DNA of 64,000 nt from a virus (IMGVR_UViG_3300032038_000025:1-64000), one strand, 5' to 3'; positions 1 to 10,888 are shown, counted from the stretch's first letter. The notes: generated by a model not told the origin, from the sequence alone. Numbers and translations are program-made.

Positions 1-493
1 TTTCCTGGGGTAAAACTTCACAGCCTTGGACAGGTTTCTGAATTTGAAGCTGAGTGTATGGGATTAGATACATACTAAAAAAATGCACAAAGAATCGCGG
101 GAACGCGGTTCTTTTTTTGTATAATCTGCCTATTGACAATCCCTATAACCGGGTGATATAATTGTCGGCCCGTCAGCCTCCGGCTAGGGCCGCTTCTCCC
201 TCCCGCATCCCATATGCGATTTTTTTCCAGAACCTTGGCCCATATGGCCGCATCCCATGGATTCCCAAAATTAGACCTTATATGGCGGCGACGGCGGGAC
301 CAATCCATCCGATCTCTTAAATGGCGCCGCCGCATTCCACGGCTTGAAAATTTCAAAAATTTTTTCTATAATATTTATATATATAAAAAATTTTCCCGCT
401 TATCTGTTATCCGCACTTGAAAACTTAAAAAATTTTTTATATAATATAATTGTAAAAGAAAATATATATATTTTAAAAAAGGAAGAGAATAAT

Positions 494-940
494 ATGGATC
501 TATATGAGGCACTAAAACAGGGGACTAGTTCAGACGAACTTGTTAATGCGTTCTACCGCGATCTTAATGCTGCCAAATCCCGCATCGAAGAGGAAGAGGC
601 TCAAAAGCTCGAAGAAGCCAAGAAAACCGCAGAAATGCAGGAATATCTTGAGATTGCTAGAGAGAACTTTGCAAATTCAATGCTAGAATATACTGCCGCA
701 CTCACTGGTTATTTTGATCTAGTAGAGGACGCCGCGATATATGATAATATGATGACTATTATTGAGAATCTTCTTGGTGATCTTGAAACTGAATTTGTTG
801 AAAATAAAAAGAATACCAAGAGCACAAAGACAAAGACTAATACAGACACAAAAGACAAGAGTAAAGATAAAAACCTTAATCTAAAGCAACAGAAAAGTGA
901 TGAGGAAATTATCAGAGCTTTTCTAGAAACTCTTAAATAA
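494..940 (+). CDS. hypothetical coiled-coil protein
   Basis: ORF-track ORF; likely start MDLYEAL after GGAAGAG, downstream of a TTGAAA-N17-TATAAT promoter. Confidence 0.7.
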   Translation: MDLYEALKQGTSSDELVNAFYRDLNAAKSRIEEEEAQKLEEAKKTAEMQEYLEIARENFANSMLEYTAALTGYFDLVEDAAIYDNMMTIIENLLGDLETEFVENKKNTKSTKTKTNTDTKDKSKDKNLNLKQQKSDEEIIRAFLETLK

Positions 941-1069
941 TTAAATTAATATAATATATAATTAAATAAAGAACAACAATAGCCTGGGAATTAATTCCAG
1001 GCTTATTGAGGTTGATGTAAACGGTCGTTTACCCGCTTTCAGTATCGTCATCAGGTCTAGTCCCGTGCA

Positions 1070-1530
1070 GTTCACTCTCACAATTTTTAACAACTCTCAC
1101 AATTTTTAGCAACTTCATCCAATTTTTAATAACTCTATCTAATTTTTAATAATTCTCATAATTCTCAACAACTCTATTTAATTTTTAATAATTTTAGTAG
1201 CCTTAATGCTTCAATAACCTTAATAATTTTTATAATTTGCAACAACTTTATCCAATTTTGGTAACTTTATTTAATTTTAATAATTTTATTATAACTTTAA
1301 TAACTTTATTTAATTAATAATCTTATCCAATAGCAGCTTTATCCAACCTTATCCAATCCCAATAGCTTTATCCAACCCTAATATAACCTTATCCAATCCT
1401 ATTTTAATAATATACTCTTCTATAATTATTATATCTATAATAAATATATATTATTATAATTACCCCTTTTAATTATTATATCCCTTCCTTATCAATAATA
1501 CTCTCCCGCTTCCCATTCCCTCTTATCCAA
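1070..1530 (+). repeat. AT-rich degenerate tandem repeats (AATTTTTAAyAACTCT; about 7x TTATCCAA), origin-like
   Basis: Repeats visible directly; no ORF; TTATCCAA resembles a DnaA box. Confidence 0.6.
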
Positions 1531-2007
1531 CTGATGCGGCAAGAGGTAAAAAATCCAACTTACACAAAATAAAACTCCCATTCCAATAAGCGGCAAGCTA
1601 ATAATCATCATAATAATCAACAGGCTAATTACGAAAACATCTACCATCCTTTTATTTTCCTTTCAAATTTTAAAATGAAATTTTAAAATGGGTTTCGCCT
1701 TTGGCTCCACCCATTTTTTCACCCTCTGTTCGAGCCCCGAGGAATTGGTGGGTTGGACTTCGTCCAACCAAATAATTAACCTAAGCAAATGCGACTGGTT
1801 TTAATATTTTTGGTAAAGTATATTATATTTTATTATTCCTTATCAAAATTTCCAAAATTGATCGCATTTGCTATTTTTTTATATTTCCCGCTCAAAACAG
1901 CCCCTGTTCGAATAAATCTCTATATAAGGATTGTTTCCTGAGCGAAGCGAAGGAAATCAATCCTTATTTACTTAGAAAAAATTACTCTCTTATTACTTAG
2001 AACTAAA

Positions 2008-2068
2008 TAGTTTTTTACTTGACAAACATAGTTTTTTGCCCATTGACGAGCATAGTTTTTTACCCATT
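2008..2068 (+). repeat. three iteron-like direct repeats (ATAGTTTTTT...TTGAC)
   Basis: Three near-copies of about 21-24 nt immediately after the stop of the wHTH gene. Confidence 0.6.
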
Positions 2069-2716
2069 TTAATTTTTTATTTCTTCATTAAAATTAGTTT
2101 TATACTCATATGAAAAATCTACCAATCTTAATTTAGGAATCCGCCCCTAATAATAAGATACAAATTTAATTAATCCATTATTCATTAAAGCATCTAATCC
2201 ATCTTTAACAAAAATTCTACTATTTTCACTAGTTAAACTTAACCCTAAATGTTCAGTAATTTCTTTAAAAGTAAAAGAATATTTTAAACCATTCATTTGC
2301 GCAAATTTATATCTTTGCCCTAAATAAATATAAATTTTAATTACATCTTCTTGTATTGTATTCTGAATAAATCTTAAAGTCTATAATGGAATTTTAAAAA
2401 ATATTTCCTATTTTTTAGGTAATAAATAATATTCCCCTATATCTTCAACATATCCAGTATCAATTAAAATTTTTAAATATTTTCTTAAAGTTTTTGTAGA
2501 TTTAATTCCAATCGCATCACAAAGTTTTTGTTGAGATCCAATATCAAATTTATCTACCCGAGTTTCATACTATTTATTTCCATTTTTATTTATTAAAACA
2601 GGCATTGATTTACTTTGCAAATAAGCATATAATCTTCCATCAATATTTTTATTATTTAAAAAAGTTGACACTTCCATACTTGTATCCGCCGGAAAATGTT
2701 TTTCAATAACTGACAT
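2069..2716 (-). CDS. winged-HTH DNA-binding / replication-initiator-like protein (TAG read-through)
   Basis: GGAGG RBS; 215 aa open frame if 4 TAG are sense; LCDAIGIKSTKTLRKYLKILIDTGYV wHTH; ends TAA. Confidence 0.7.
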
Positions 2717-2901
2717 ATAAAAATCCTCCTAAATATATTTTCCTTCATATATATTTAAAATTCTTTTATATAAAATAATTACTTTTACCCAAAAATTTTA
2801 ATATTTTACCTTACCTATATAGGTTTTTACTCCACAGGAGTAACTTTTTACTTAAAAATTTTACCCATATAGGACGCGGCGATCCTTGATATAATACCCG
2901 T

Positions 2902-3270
2902 TTAGACGAGTCCCGCCGCATTTTTAACATCAATTACCGCAGGTTCTCTAAAATTTCCATTTTCAATATCCCCCGCCTTATTAACTGCCTCTTGAATAGC
3001 AGAAATTGTATTTTCCAATCTCTTTATAGCCCTTTCTGAATCCGCAATAGAAAAAAGGCAAATTTTATCCAACAGTAATAAACCTGTTACTCCTTTTTCA
3101 TCAAAAGTCTTAGAAATAATATCTGCGGTTTGCTGCATTGTTTCAAAACTAACTAAAGGAATTCCTTCTTCATCTGTTCTTACATAAAATAACAAAACGC
3201 TTCCTTCTTTTGGATTTATTTTCTCAATAGCTGATATAATCTCATTCTGATCCAGTTTTATTATAGCCAT
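2902..3270 (-). CDS. hypothetical protein
   Basis: 122 aa ORF in a minus-strand gene run. Confidence 0.7.
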   Translation of the reverse strand: MAIIKLDQNEIISAIEKINPKEGSVLLFYVRTDEEGIPLVSFETMQQTADIISKTFDEKGVTGLLLLDKICLFSIADSERAIKRLENTISAIQEAVNKAGDIENGNFREPAVIDVKNAAGLV

Positions 3271-3332
3271 ATATCTAAAACGCTTACGCTTTCTCGCTTG
3301 AAAAAGCCATTTTCTCCTTTTTTCATATTTAA

Positions 3333-3533
3333 TTAATAATCATAAATTTCATCATCGCCGCTTTCATCCGCGGCTTCATGTTCTCCATAGCTCAAAGAAG
3401 AATCTTCATCCTCCGCCCATTTCTTCTTTAAAGTTTCTTCAAAATTACTAAGAGATGCGGCGGTCGCCTGCTTTAAAGCCTTTCTATATCCAGGCACCTT
3501 TTTCTTCATACGTCGTCTTTCCGCTCTATTCAT
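3333..3533 (-). CDS. hypothetical protein (MNRAERR-type phage protein)
   Basis: ORF coupled to upstream gene; GGAGG RBS. Confidence 0.7.
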   Translation of the reverse strand: MNRAERRRMKKKVPGYRKALKQATAASLSNFEETLKKKWAEDEDSSLSYGEHEAADESGDDEIYDY

Positions 3534-3711
3534 TTTCCATTTCCTCCAATCTCCGCTCTAATTCTCTCAATTTCGCTTTTGCTTTTTTTACTTCTTTTAA
3601 ACTTCGCTTTATTTTTTCAGACTCATCCTGTAAAAATAAAAACCCTATATAAAAGCACGCTAAAATTATAACATTTACCACTAACAAAATAATCATCATA
3701 CTAGTACTCAT
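3526..3711 (-). CDS. small membrane protein
   Basis: N-terminal TM helix plus coiled coil. Confidence 0.7.
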   Translation of the reverse strand: MSTSMMIILLVVNVIILACFYIGFLFLQDESEKIKRSLKEVKKAKAKLRELERRLEEMENE

Positions 3712-3911
3712 TCCGCGGGCTCCTCTCTTTCTCTTGCATCAACAATATTTAAATTATTAAAATATTTAGGCGCGGTTTGCGGTTGACGTTGCTGCCCCCG
3801 CCGCCATAGTACATTACACATTCCCATTTCATCTATTGATACAATTCTCTTTCTACAAAATTCCTATACTTTATCATGATATGGACATTGCCACATTTTG
3901 CACACAACCAT
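3708..3911 (-). CDS. small Cys-rich protein (1 in-frame TAG)
   Basis: MVVCKMWQCPYHDKV*EFCRKR...; ATGA overlap with the next gene; absent from the ORF track. Confidence 0.6.
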
Positions 3912-3996
3912 TTAAAACACCTTTTTCTTTATTATATAAATATATTATATAATATTTTTTTAAAATTTTCAAATAACTCGGTATTATTCCTCTCTA

Positions 3997-4025
3997 TTGA
4001 TTTTTTAAAAATTTTCTGATATAAT
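3997..4025 (+). promoter_or_regulatory. repeated sigma-A-type early promoter TTGA(T/A)-N17-TGnTATAAT (representative copy)
   Basis: Near-identical copies near 345, 418, 5245, 6484, 7477, 8271, 8568, 12498, 12619, 13929, 17896, 18491 and 19763. Confidence 0.8.
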
Positions 4026-4055
4026 ATATATATAAAGAAAAAGAGGTGAGCGGAC

Positions 4056-4562
4056 ATGTGGACAATTGAAAATATTACAACTTTATGTATTGAGTATTGC
4101 GGCAGGGCAGGTGTGAAGTTCAACTCACCTGTGATTATTAATGGAAGATTGACGAGAACGCTTGGAAGATGTTTTTATCAAAAATGCGGTAATGTCGTTA
4201 ATCCTATCCGTATCGAAATTTCGCGGCAGTTGCTTGAAACATCAACAGATAAATGCATAAAAGAAGTAATCGCGCATGAATGCGCTCATTACGTCACCGC
4301 CGCCCTCACGCATGAAAGTCACGGCCATGATTCCACTTTTAAGTTCTATTGTGAAAAAATTGGTACAACTAATAACGCAACAACATATGATAATCTTGAA
4401 AGAACGGTAGATGAAAATAAAGTTTATAAATATACGCTTTATTGTTCTAAATGTGGGAAGTTTGTTGGCGGCAGATCAAGAGCTTGCAATGTTACTAAAT
4501 ATCCTAAGGATTTTTATACACAATGTTGCAATGCAGATATTAAAGTAGTTCAAAACTGGTAA
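4056..4562 (+). CDS. SprT-like zinc metalloprotease
   Basis: HECAH (HExxH), HGHD..FK and C-terminal CxxC. Confidence 0.85.
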   Translation: MWTIENITTLCIEYCGRAGVKFNSPVIINGRLTRTLGRCFYQKCGNVVNPIRIEISRQLLETSTDKCIKEVIAHECAHYVTAALTHESHGHDSTFKFYCEKIGTTNNATTYDNLERTVDENKVYKYTLYCSKCGKFVGGRSRACNVTKYPKDFYTQCCNADIKVVQNW

Positions 4563-4572
4563 GGAGGTTCTT

Positions 4573-4872
4573 ATGAGAACATATTCAACTGTTGAAGCTG
4601 CGGTTTCCCTTGCTATTGAAATCCTTGAGACCAATCACATTCCGTCTAATACCGCCGTCCTCCGCAACAGAATATATACTTGGTATAATCATTCTGACGT
4701 TACAGATCCAGAAACTCTTGCCGCTTGCGTTCTTGAAGGAAAAGACTGGTATCCTGGCGCAACTTATCAAGATATGCTTAATGCAAAAAATTGGTGGTTT
4801 CCGCAGAATCCTTATGATGAAATTTCCATTTGGGAAATTGAAGCTGCAAATCATGATTCCATTTGGTGGTGA
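4573..4872 (+). CDS. hypothetical protein
   Basis: GGAGG RBS, 99 aa. Confidence 0.75.
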   Translation: MRTYSTVEAAVSLAIEILETNHIPSNTAVLRNRIYTWYNHSDVTDPETLAACVLEGKDWYPGATYQDMLNAKNWWFPQNPYDEISIWEIEAANHDSIWW

Positions 4873-4884
4873 AAGGGAATAAAT

Positions 4885-5232
4885 ATGGAAATTATTTATA
4901 AAGCAAATGATGGAACTCTTTTTAATAATGAATCTGATTGTTTAATACATGAAGAGAAATATACTTATAAATATATCTACTCTGTTGAACTTTTTACTCG
5001 TTTTAATGATAAATACTTTTTTACGAAAGATAATCTTTTTGAAGATTGTAATTATAGTATTTGTGAAAAAGTTATTATTCATAATCAAGAAGAACTTGCT
5101 GAGTTTATTAGATTGGCTGACTATTGCGGTTGGTGCGAATTTTATGAGCAAATAAATGCGCCTGGTACTTGGGTACGAACTGAAGAAGATATGTACTCAG
5201 AAGGAACATGGACAAAAGTAGCTGCGATTTAA
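4885..5232 (+). CDS. hypothetical protein
   Basis: Y.A.DG..F..E.DC..HE N-terminus typical of phage early proteins. Confidence 0.75.
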   Translation: MEIIYKANDGTLFNNESDCLIHEEKYTYKYIYSVELFTRFNDKYFFTKDNLFEDCNYSICEKVIIHNQEELAEFIRLADYCGWCEFYEQINAPGTWVRTEEDMYSEGTWTKVAAI

Positions 5233-5294
5233 CGATCGCAGCTTTATTTTTTTAAAAATTTTTGATATAATATTTATATAAGATAAGGAAAGGA

Positions 5295-6224
5295 ATGGTG
5301 ATGAACATGGAAAAAATCTTCGTAGCCGATTCTTATAAAAATATGGAAATTGTATCTGAGCCTTTTGAGAACAGCAAAGGTAAAATGGTTGTTAATGTTA
5401 AGGCTAAATGTGATAGATGCGGCGGTCGTGGCATTATTGTTGCCCGCGTAGAAAATGGCAAACCTATTCCTATTCCTGTTGATGGCGGTGTTTGTTATAA
5501 GTGCGGTGGGTCTGGTATTGTAAGAAAAACCATTCGCGCCTACACTGAAAAGGAATATAATACCCTTCAGAGAGCAAAAGAAAGAAATGCTCAGAGAAAG
5601 AAAGAGGCGGCTGAGGCAAGAGAAAAAGACCTCATAGAAAATGCGGAAACCTACAAGCATGAGGTTGCCCTTAAACTTGGTTTTGATGAGAACGAGAAAA
5701 TTTATCTTGTATATGGCGATGATACTTACGCTATTAAAGATAAACTGAAAGAGATGGGAGCGCATTTCGATCCCACTTTTAAATGGTATTTTTCTGAAAA
5801 AGTTGCGGTTCCCGCAGGTTATAAGCTCTGCGAGATTAGTTTCGATGAGATTTATACCTACAATCCGCGCGCAAAATGGGCACAGTTTAAAGAAGATGCT
5901 AAAATGACTGTTGCTCGTAAAATCGCAGAACTTAAAGGCCCGTCCACTTCTGTTTTTTATCCTGGCGCTGAGAAAGAAAGAATTCGCAATATTACCGCAA
6001 AAGTAGACAGCATCCGCGGCTTTGAGGGCGTCTATGGATATACTTTTGTATATACTTTTATTTCTGAGAATTATGTTTTTGTATGGATGACTTCAAAGAG
6101 CAATTTAGACATTTCTATCGGAGAAACGGTTGATCTTACTGGTACAATTAAAAAATTTGATGAGTATATGGGAGTAAAACAGACTCATTTATCTAGATGT
6201 CTTATTAAAAAAATGGGGGAGTAA
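5295..6224 (+). CDS. Zn-finger / OB-fold-like nucleic-acid-binding protein
   Basis: CxxCGG...CxxCGG motifs; beta-rich C-terminus (LTGTIKKFDEYMGVKQTHLSR). Confidence 0.7.
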   Translation: MVMNMEKIFVADSYKNMEIVSEPFENSKGKMVVNVKAKCDRCGGRGIIVARVENGKPIPIPVDGGVCYKCGGSGIVRKTIRAYTEKEYNTLQRAKERNAQRKKEAAEAREKDLIENAETYKHEVALKLGFDENEKIYLVYGDDTYAIKDKLKEMGAHFDPTFKWYFSEKVAVPAGYKLCEISFDEIYTYNPRAKWAQFKEDAKMTVARKIAELKGPSTSVFYPGAEKERIRNITAKVDSIRGFEGVYGYTFVYTFISENYVFVWMTSKSNLDISIGETVDLTGTIKKFDEYMGVKQTHLSRCLIKKMGE

Positions 6225-6226
6225 AA

Positions 6227-6457
6227 ATGCTTTTTAATTGGGGAGCGGATGCCGCAAGAGAAAATGTTAATAGACATATGCGGAAAGCTGAAAGAGATCA
6301 GCTAAAATTTATTATCTATTCTATTGATATGGCGTCTCGACAAGGATATGACTCAATTAAATGGCGTCATTCAATTTATAAAACAAATATTCATAAATTA
6401 AAAGAATTAGGCTACCGTATTTATTATAATCATTATATTTATGAGATTGTTTGGTAA
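6227..6457 (+). CDS. hypothetical protein
   Basis: ORF with RBS, followed by a terminator-like hairpin. Confidence 0.65.
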   Translation: MLFNWGADAARENVNRHMRKAERDQLKFIIYSIDMASRQGYDSIKWRHSIYKTNIHKLKELGYRIYYNHYIYEIVW

Positions 6458-6547
6458 AAGTATGGGAGGAGAAAATCCTCCCATTGTTTTTTTTATAAAA
6501 TTATGATATAATATTATAAGAAAATTAATAAATAGAAAGGAAAAATT

Positions 6548-7249
6548 ATGAAAATTAATTATAAATTAATAGATAGTTTTTTAGATACGATTTTTCCTTT
6601 GCCAGAAGAATTTGGTATTGTATCTAGTGAATATAGTGAAGAACCTATTGATTTTGATATTTTGTTGAGTAATGTCCGTAAAGTAGATAAATCTACATGC
6701 ATTGAATATGGCGCTTCTAAAATGGTAATTAATTGTCCAAGTCTAAATGTTGTTATTAAAATTCCTTTTAATGGATTTTATACAGAAGATGATTTTGGAG
6801 ATTTAATTTGGACAGATTTTCGTTGGGCGCCAAGTAAAGAGGACCTTTCTGACTATTGTTTAGCTGAATATGAAAAATATGATGAATTAAGAACTCATGG
6901 ATTAGATTGTTTTGTTGCTAAAACAATTTTTTACAAAGAAAAAGATGGCATTAAAGTTTTTTTACAAGAGAAAGTAACCCCTAGAAATGAAATATGGAAG
7001 GCTTCTTATGAAACATCTAAGCGGTCGCGCGATTTAGCAAAAAGATGGCGGGATGAGGGAAAAATTAGCATGGATCTTACATGGATTGCAAGCTGTATTG
7101 ATAATTATGGAGAATCAAAAGTTAAACGATTTTTAGATTATTGTGAAAATATTGATCTCGATATATTAGAAGATATGCATAATGGTAACTTTGGTTATCG
7201 CAAAAATGAAACTCCATGTTTATTAGATTTTTCTAGTTTTAAAGATTAA
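6548..7249 (+). CDS. protein kinase-like enzyme
   Basis: GASK, VVIKIP, EDMHNGNFG catalytic loop, LLDF. Confidence 0.75.
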   Translation: MKINYKLIDSFLDTIFPLPEEFGIVSSEYSEEPIDFDILLSNVRKVDKSTCIEYGASKMVINCPSLNVVIKIPFNGFYTEDDFGDLIWTDFRWAPSKEDLSDYCLAEYEKYDELRTHGLDCFVAKTIFYKEKDGIKVFLQEKVTPRNEIWKASYETSKRSRDLAKRWRDEGKISMDLTWIASCIDNYGESKVKRFLDYCENIDLDILEDMHNGNFGYRKNETPCLLDFSSFKD

Positions 7250-7258
7250 GGAGATATT

Positions 7259-7468
7259 ATGGCACAGAATCGTGAAATTGTTTGTATTTTTTATGATCAT
7301 GAGGGAAGCTGCGCAAAAGGACGAGATGGTATTTTTAGAAAGACTTGCCAGACATGTGACAAGTATATTGCGAGAAAAGGTGGCATCCCCGCAAGAAAAG
7401 ATTTAAAAAGACAAAAGCTAGAGAAGATTAAAGAACGAGATATGCGACGAGATATTAAAAATTATTAA
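7259..7468 (+). CDS. small Cys-rich basic protein
   Basis: GGAG RBS; four Cys. Confidence 0.7.
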   Translation: MAQNREIVCIFYDHEGSCAKGRDGIFRKTCQTCDKYIARKGGIPARKDLKRQKLEKIKERDMRRDIKNY

Positions 7469-7536
7469 ATTTCGCTTGCTTTTTTAAAAAATTTTTGATA
7501 TAATAATTATAGAAAAAAAGAAAGGAGTTTTTCATA

Positions 7537-8076
7537 ATGAGTAGAAGTCCATATTTTTTCGTTGAAAGATACGATAATAATATTAAAAGGTATGAAATTC
7601 AGCATCCATTAGTTTGGAATTGGAATCATACTAAGCGAGAACCCGCGGATCTTTTTCCTTATAATGGTTGTCATGATCTGTTTTCTATTGTAGAAAATAG
7701 TGGGAATTTTCCTAGTATGAATGGTATTCATGAAGGACTTCCGAAAGACGTTTCAATAGAAATTAAAGAAGCATATGATAGTTGTTCTTTTGAAACTGAA
7801 TACGAAGGAGAAAAGCATCTTTATACTCCGACTGCGCGCTGGTTTACTTATGCAGATATGTATATTTATTGTTTTGAACATCCAGAAGTAGTAGATTATG
7901 AAGCTATGGATGCCGCTTATTATGATGGAGTGGAAGAAAATCCGCCAAAGGAAATTATGAAACCAACTCCTGTTAAATCTCTTATGAATCGTGTTGATGC
8001 ATTTATGGAAGTTATAGATGATTGGAATTGGCGAAATGATTATAGTCAAATCCGCATTGTTTATTGGATTCTGTGA
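7537..8076 (+). CDS. hypothetical phage protein
   Basis: Promoter and RBS; RIVYW C-terminus. Confidence 0.75.
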   Translation: MSRSPYFFVERYDNNIKRYEIQHPLVWNWNHTKREPADLFPYNGCHDLFSIVENSGNFPSMNGIHEGLPKDVSIEIKEAYDSCSFETEYEGEKHLYTPTARWFTYADMYIYCFEHPEVVDYEAMDAAYYDGVEENPPKEIMKPTPVKSLMNRVDAFMEVIDDWNWRNDYSQIRIVYWIL

Positions 8077-8086
8077 GGAGGGTCAT

Positions 8087-8281
8087 ATGGCATATTCAGC
8101 TAATTTTTGTATTCATATGAAAACCTGGGCGGGTTCATTATATGAGCCCCCAGAATCTTGGTGTGAACTAAATTCAGAATATAGTTGCGATGATTGTCCT
8201 TATCAGTATTCAAAAGAAGATTATGAATGTGATTATGTTAATTTCAGAATGGAAATAGACCGAGACAGGTTTGATTTTTAA
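8087..8281 (+). CDS. small Cys-rich protein
   Basis: GAGGAGGG RBS before MAYSANF. Confidence 0.6.
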   Translation: MAYSANFCIHMKTWAGSLYEPPESWCELNSEYSCDDCPYQYSKEDYECDYVNFRMEIDRDRFDF

Positions 8282-8330
8282 AAAAATTTTTGATATAATA
8301 TATATAAAGATAAGGAAGTGAGGTAATAAT

Positions 8331-8543
8331 ATGGATATGAGTTATTGTTTTTTTATGGCGGAGGCCGAGGGTCTTCTTCCTACGCGAGCAGGACGAATTA
8401 ACGCCGCAATTAATGATATTAAAAGTTATCCTGTCCCGACTATTGAATTTTCAGAATTTAATAAAATTCTTGAAAAACATGATTTACATTATAATCAGTT
8501 AACCGATCGAGAGATACGCTATATCAATGCTAGTATTCGTTAA
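8331..8543 (+). CDS. hypothetical protein
   Basis: Promoter and GAGG RBS. Confidence 0.7.
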   Translation: MDMSYCFFMAEAEGLLPTRAGRINAAINDIKSYPVPTIEFSEFNKILEKHDLHYNQLTDREIRYINASIR

Positions 8544-8647
8544 AGATGGCGACAAAGAGACCGCCGCTTGAAAAACTTAAAAATTTTTGATATAATAAAT
8601 ACATAAGATAAAGAAAAACATTTTTACAAACAAAAGGAGATTTTAAG

Positions 8648-9028
8648 ATGGAAAATACAAAAAAGACAAAGGCTATGTATTTCGCTGAGCTTCGTGAGAT
8701 TGTTGAAGCTAATACTGAGGTTGAGAATCAGGCAGAGCTGCTTGAGTTTATTGACAAGCAGGTTGAAACTCTTGAGAAGAGAAAGGCCGCCGCAGCAGAG
8801 CGGGCTGAGAAGAAGAAGAACGAGTCCGATGCGCTGACTGAAGCAATTTTTGCTCAGATCGGAGAAGATTTTATTACTGTTGATGAGATTGTTGAGGCTC
8901 TTGGTGAAGAGGATATTACTCGAAATAAGGTCACCGCTCGTCTTGGCAAGCTGGTTAAGTCTGGGGCGGTTGTTAAGGAACTCGTTAAGACTGACAATGG
9001 CAAGAGAATGGCATATCATCTTGCTTAA
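8648..9028 (+). CDS. coiled-coil plus winged-HTH protein
   Basis: TVDEIVEAL...TRNKVTARLGKLVKSG. Confidence 0.75.
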   Translation: MENTKKTKAMYFAELREIVEANTEVENQAELLEFIDKQVETLEKRKAAAAERAEKKKNESDALTEAIFAQIGEDFITVDEIVEALGEEDITRNKVTARLGKLVKSGAVVKELVKTDNGKRMAYHLA

Positions 9029-9096
9029 ATAAAGATTTTTTAGCTTAAACCAAGGGAAGATTATTCTTCTCTTGGTTTAAGGTGGTGAGGAACAAG

Positions 9097-9894
9097 ATGT
9101 TTTGTTTAAATTATTATCCATTTTAGAAATATTTATAGGATGTTGAAGAATTAAAAATTGAATATCATCCTACAGATAAAACTATAGGTAAATTTTTAGA
9201 AACCTATAAAAATAAAAGTATTGTTATTAATGTATCTAAATCTTTTTAGGAAATTGATGCAAAAGTATTAAAAGAACTATACCAAAAATATAAAAATATA
9301 AAAATTGTTTTTGATTTTAAAAATAAAGAATTTTTAACAAGAGCAAAAAAATATGAAATTCCTTTTTTCTTTACTAATCATGTAACGACAATAGATGAAG
9401 TTCATGGATTATTACAATATCATCCAACGGATATGTATATTTGTGAAGAATTAGGTTTTTCTATTGATAAAGTTAGTAAAATATTACATGATAACAATGT
9501 TAAAGTTAGAGTGTATCCTAATATTTGTCAATCTAGTTTTTCATCCACTCCAAGTATAAAAACATTTTTTATTAGGCCAGAAGATATTATAATTTATTCT
9601 CTTTATGTAGATGTTTTTGAATTAATTTCGGATAAAGAAAGACAACAAATTATTTATAAGATTTATAAACAAGGTCAATGGCTTGGCAATTTAAGTGAAA
9701 TTATTCCTAGCTTTAAAGGTGAATTAGATGGGCGTTTTATTCTAAATCCTTTTGGATTAATTAGAACAAAATGTAAGAAAAGATGCATGTATGATCTTGG
9801 AAGCTGCACTGTGTGTGAAAAATTTTTAGATTTAGGTGACACTTTAAAAGAAAATAATATTTTTGTTAAAAGAAAAAAGAAATAGGAGACATAA
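9097..9894 (+). CDS. peptidase U32-like protein (TAG read-through)
   Basis: GAGG RBS at the ATG; reading TAG as sense extends the ORF 5' and ends it in a TAATG overlap with the next gene; VYPNICQ and FIRPED motifs. Confidence 0.65.
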
Positions 9895-10211
9895 TGGCGG
9901 CGAAGGGCAGTATTTTAAAAGGAGAAATTTCTAAAAAGATTTTGGAAGTTTTTCCAAATAGTTTTTTATATAATGATGGAAAAGAAATTCGTATTAATGG
10001 GACAGAAGATGGGGCCCCTCTTCAGATAAAGGTTGTTCTTACAGCAGCAAAAGTTGCGGTTGAAGGCGGCCAAGATATTGCGCTTCCTGGCGAAGAAAAG
10101 GCGGCAGCCGCAGATGACTGGCCGACTAAGACTAATGAAAAGATTCCTCAAGAGCCATCTGCTGAGGAAAAAGAAAGACTTGCAAAGCTATTAAATAAAC
10201 TTGGTTTGTAA
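9894..10211 (+). CDS. hypothetical protein
   Basis: GGAG RBS, 105 aa. Confidence 0.75.
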   Translation: MAAKGSILKGEISKKILEVFPNSFLYNDGKEIRINGTEDGAPLQIKVVLTAAKVAVEGGQDIALPGEEKAAAADDWPTKTNEKIPQEPSAEEKERLAKLLNKLGL

Positions 10212-10223
10212 AGGAAAATAGAT

Positions 10224-10523
10224 ATGGGCATGGGAGTTCATTTATATCAAATAACATGTTGGCAGGGATCAAGCGGATTATGGTATGTGAATGATATTAA
10301 AAATTTAAGCGGCCGCTCTGCAAAATGGTATACTCCTATGCGTATGCTTGATCTTTCTGTTGAAGAATATATTGATTTATTAAAGACTTTTCACGCAGAA
10401 GGCATTTCTTATTATATGCCTTCTGATTATCTATATTTTTATTTCACAAAGGAAAAAGATGCAAAAGCATTTTGTTCTTTTATTAATAAAAAAGCAAAAT
10501 GTATCAACTATTGTTGTGCATAA
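10224..10523 (+). CDS. hypothetical protein
   Basis: ORF in operon. Confidence 0.7.
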   Translation: MGMGVHLYQITCWQGSSGLWYVNDIKNLSGRSAKWYTPMRMLDLSVEEYIDLLKTFHAEGISYYMPSDYLYFYFTKEKDAKAFCSFINKKAKCINYCCA

Positions 10524-10716
10524 ATATACGGATGCTGGCGGAGAACTTCTTCAGCCGCGGTAGAAAGAAGGCTCGGTAGGCTTTATCAGATTTGAGGCGT
10601 CCAGTGTAAATCTGTTTTAATACCTGAAAAAGGGACAAGAGTAGGGGTCTGCCAAACCAGAGTCCCTGAAACAGCTACGGCGCAAGTTAAGAGAAATGCT
10701 GTTAGGGCAGACATTT

Positions 10717-10789
10717 ATGACCATAGTCTAATAGGTTAAGACGGGAGTCTTTCAAGCTCTTAATGTGAGTTCAAATCTCACTGGTTGTA
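10717..10789 (+). tRNA. tRNA-Glu(TTC)
   Basis: Cloverleaf; anticodon loop CT-TTC-AA. Confidence 0.8.
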
Positions 10790-10800
10790 TTATTTTTTAT

Positions 10801-10888
10801 GTCGATGTGGCGGAGTGGCTGATCGCGGCGCCCTGCTAAGGCGTTTATCACATTTTGTGGTACAAAGGTTCAAATCCTTTCATCGACG
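10801..10888 (+). tRNA. tRNA-Ser(GCT)
   Basis: Cloverleaf with long variable arm. Confidence 0.9.

Noticed and set aside
75-420. Arg-rich ORFs 75..356 and 214..420
   Set aside because: They lie in a GC-rich palindromic non-coding stretch, with no RBS and implausible composition.
1070-1530. CRISPR array
   Set aside because: The repeats are short, degenerate and irregularly spaced without unique spacers, and no cas genes are visible.
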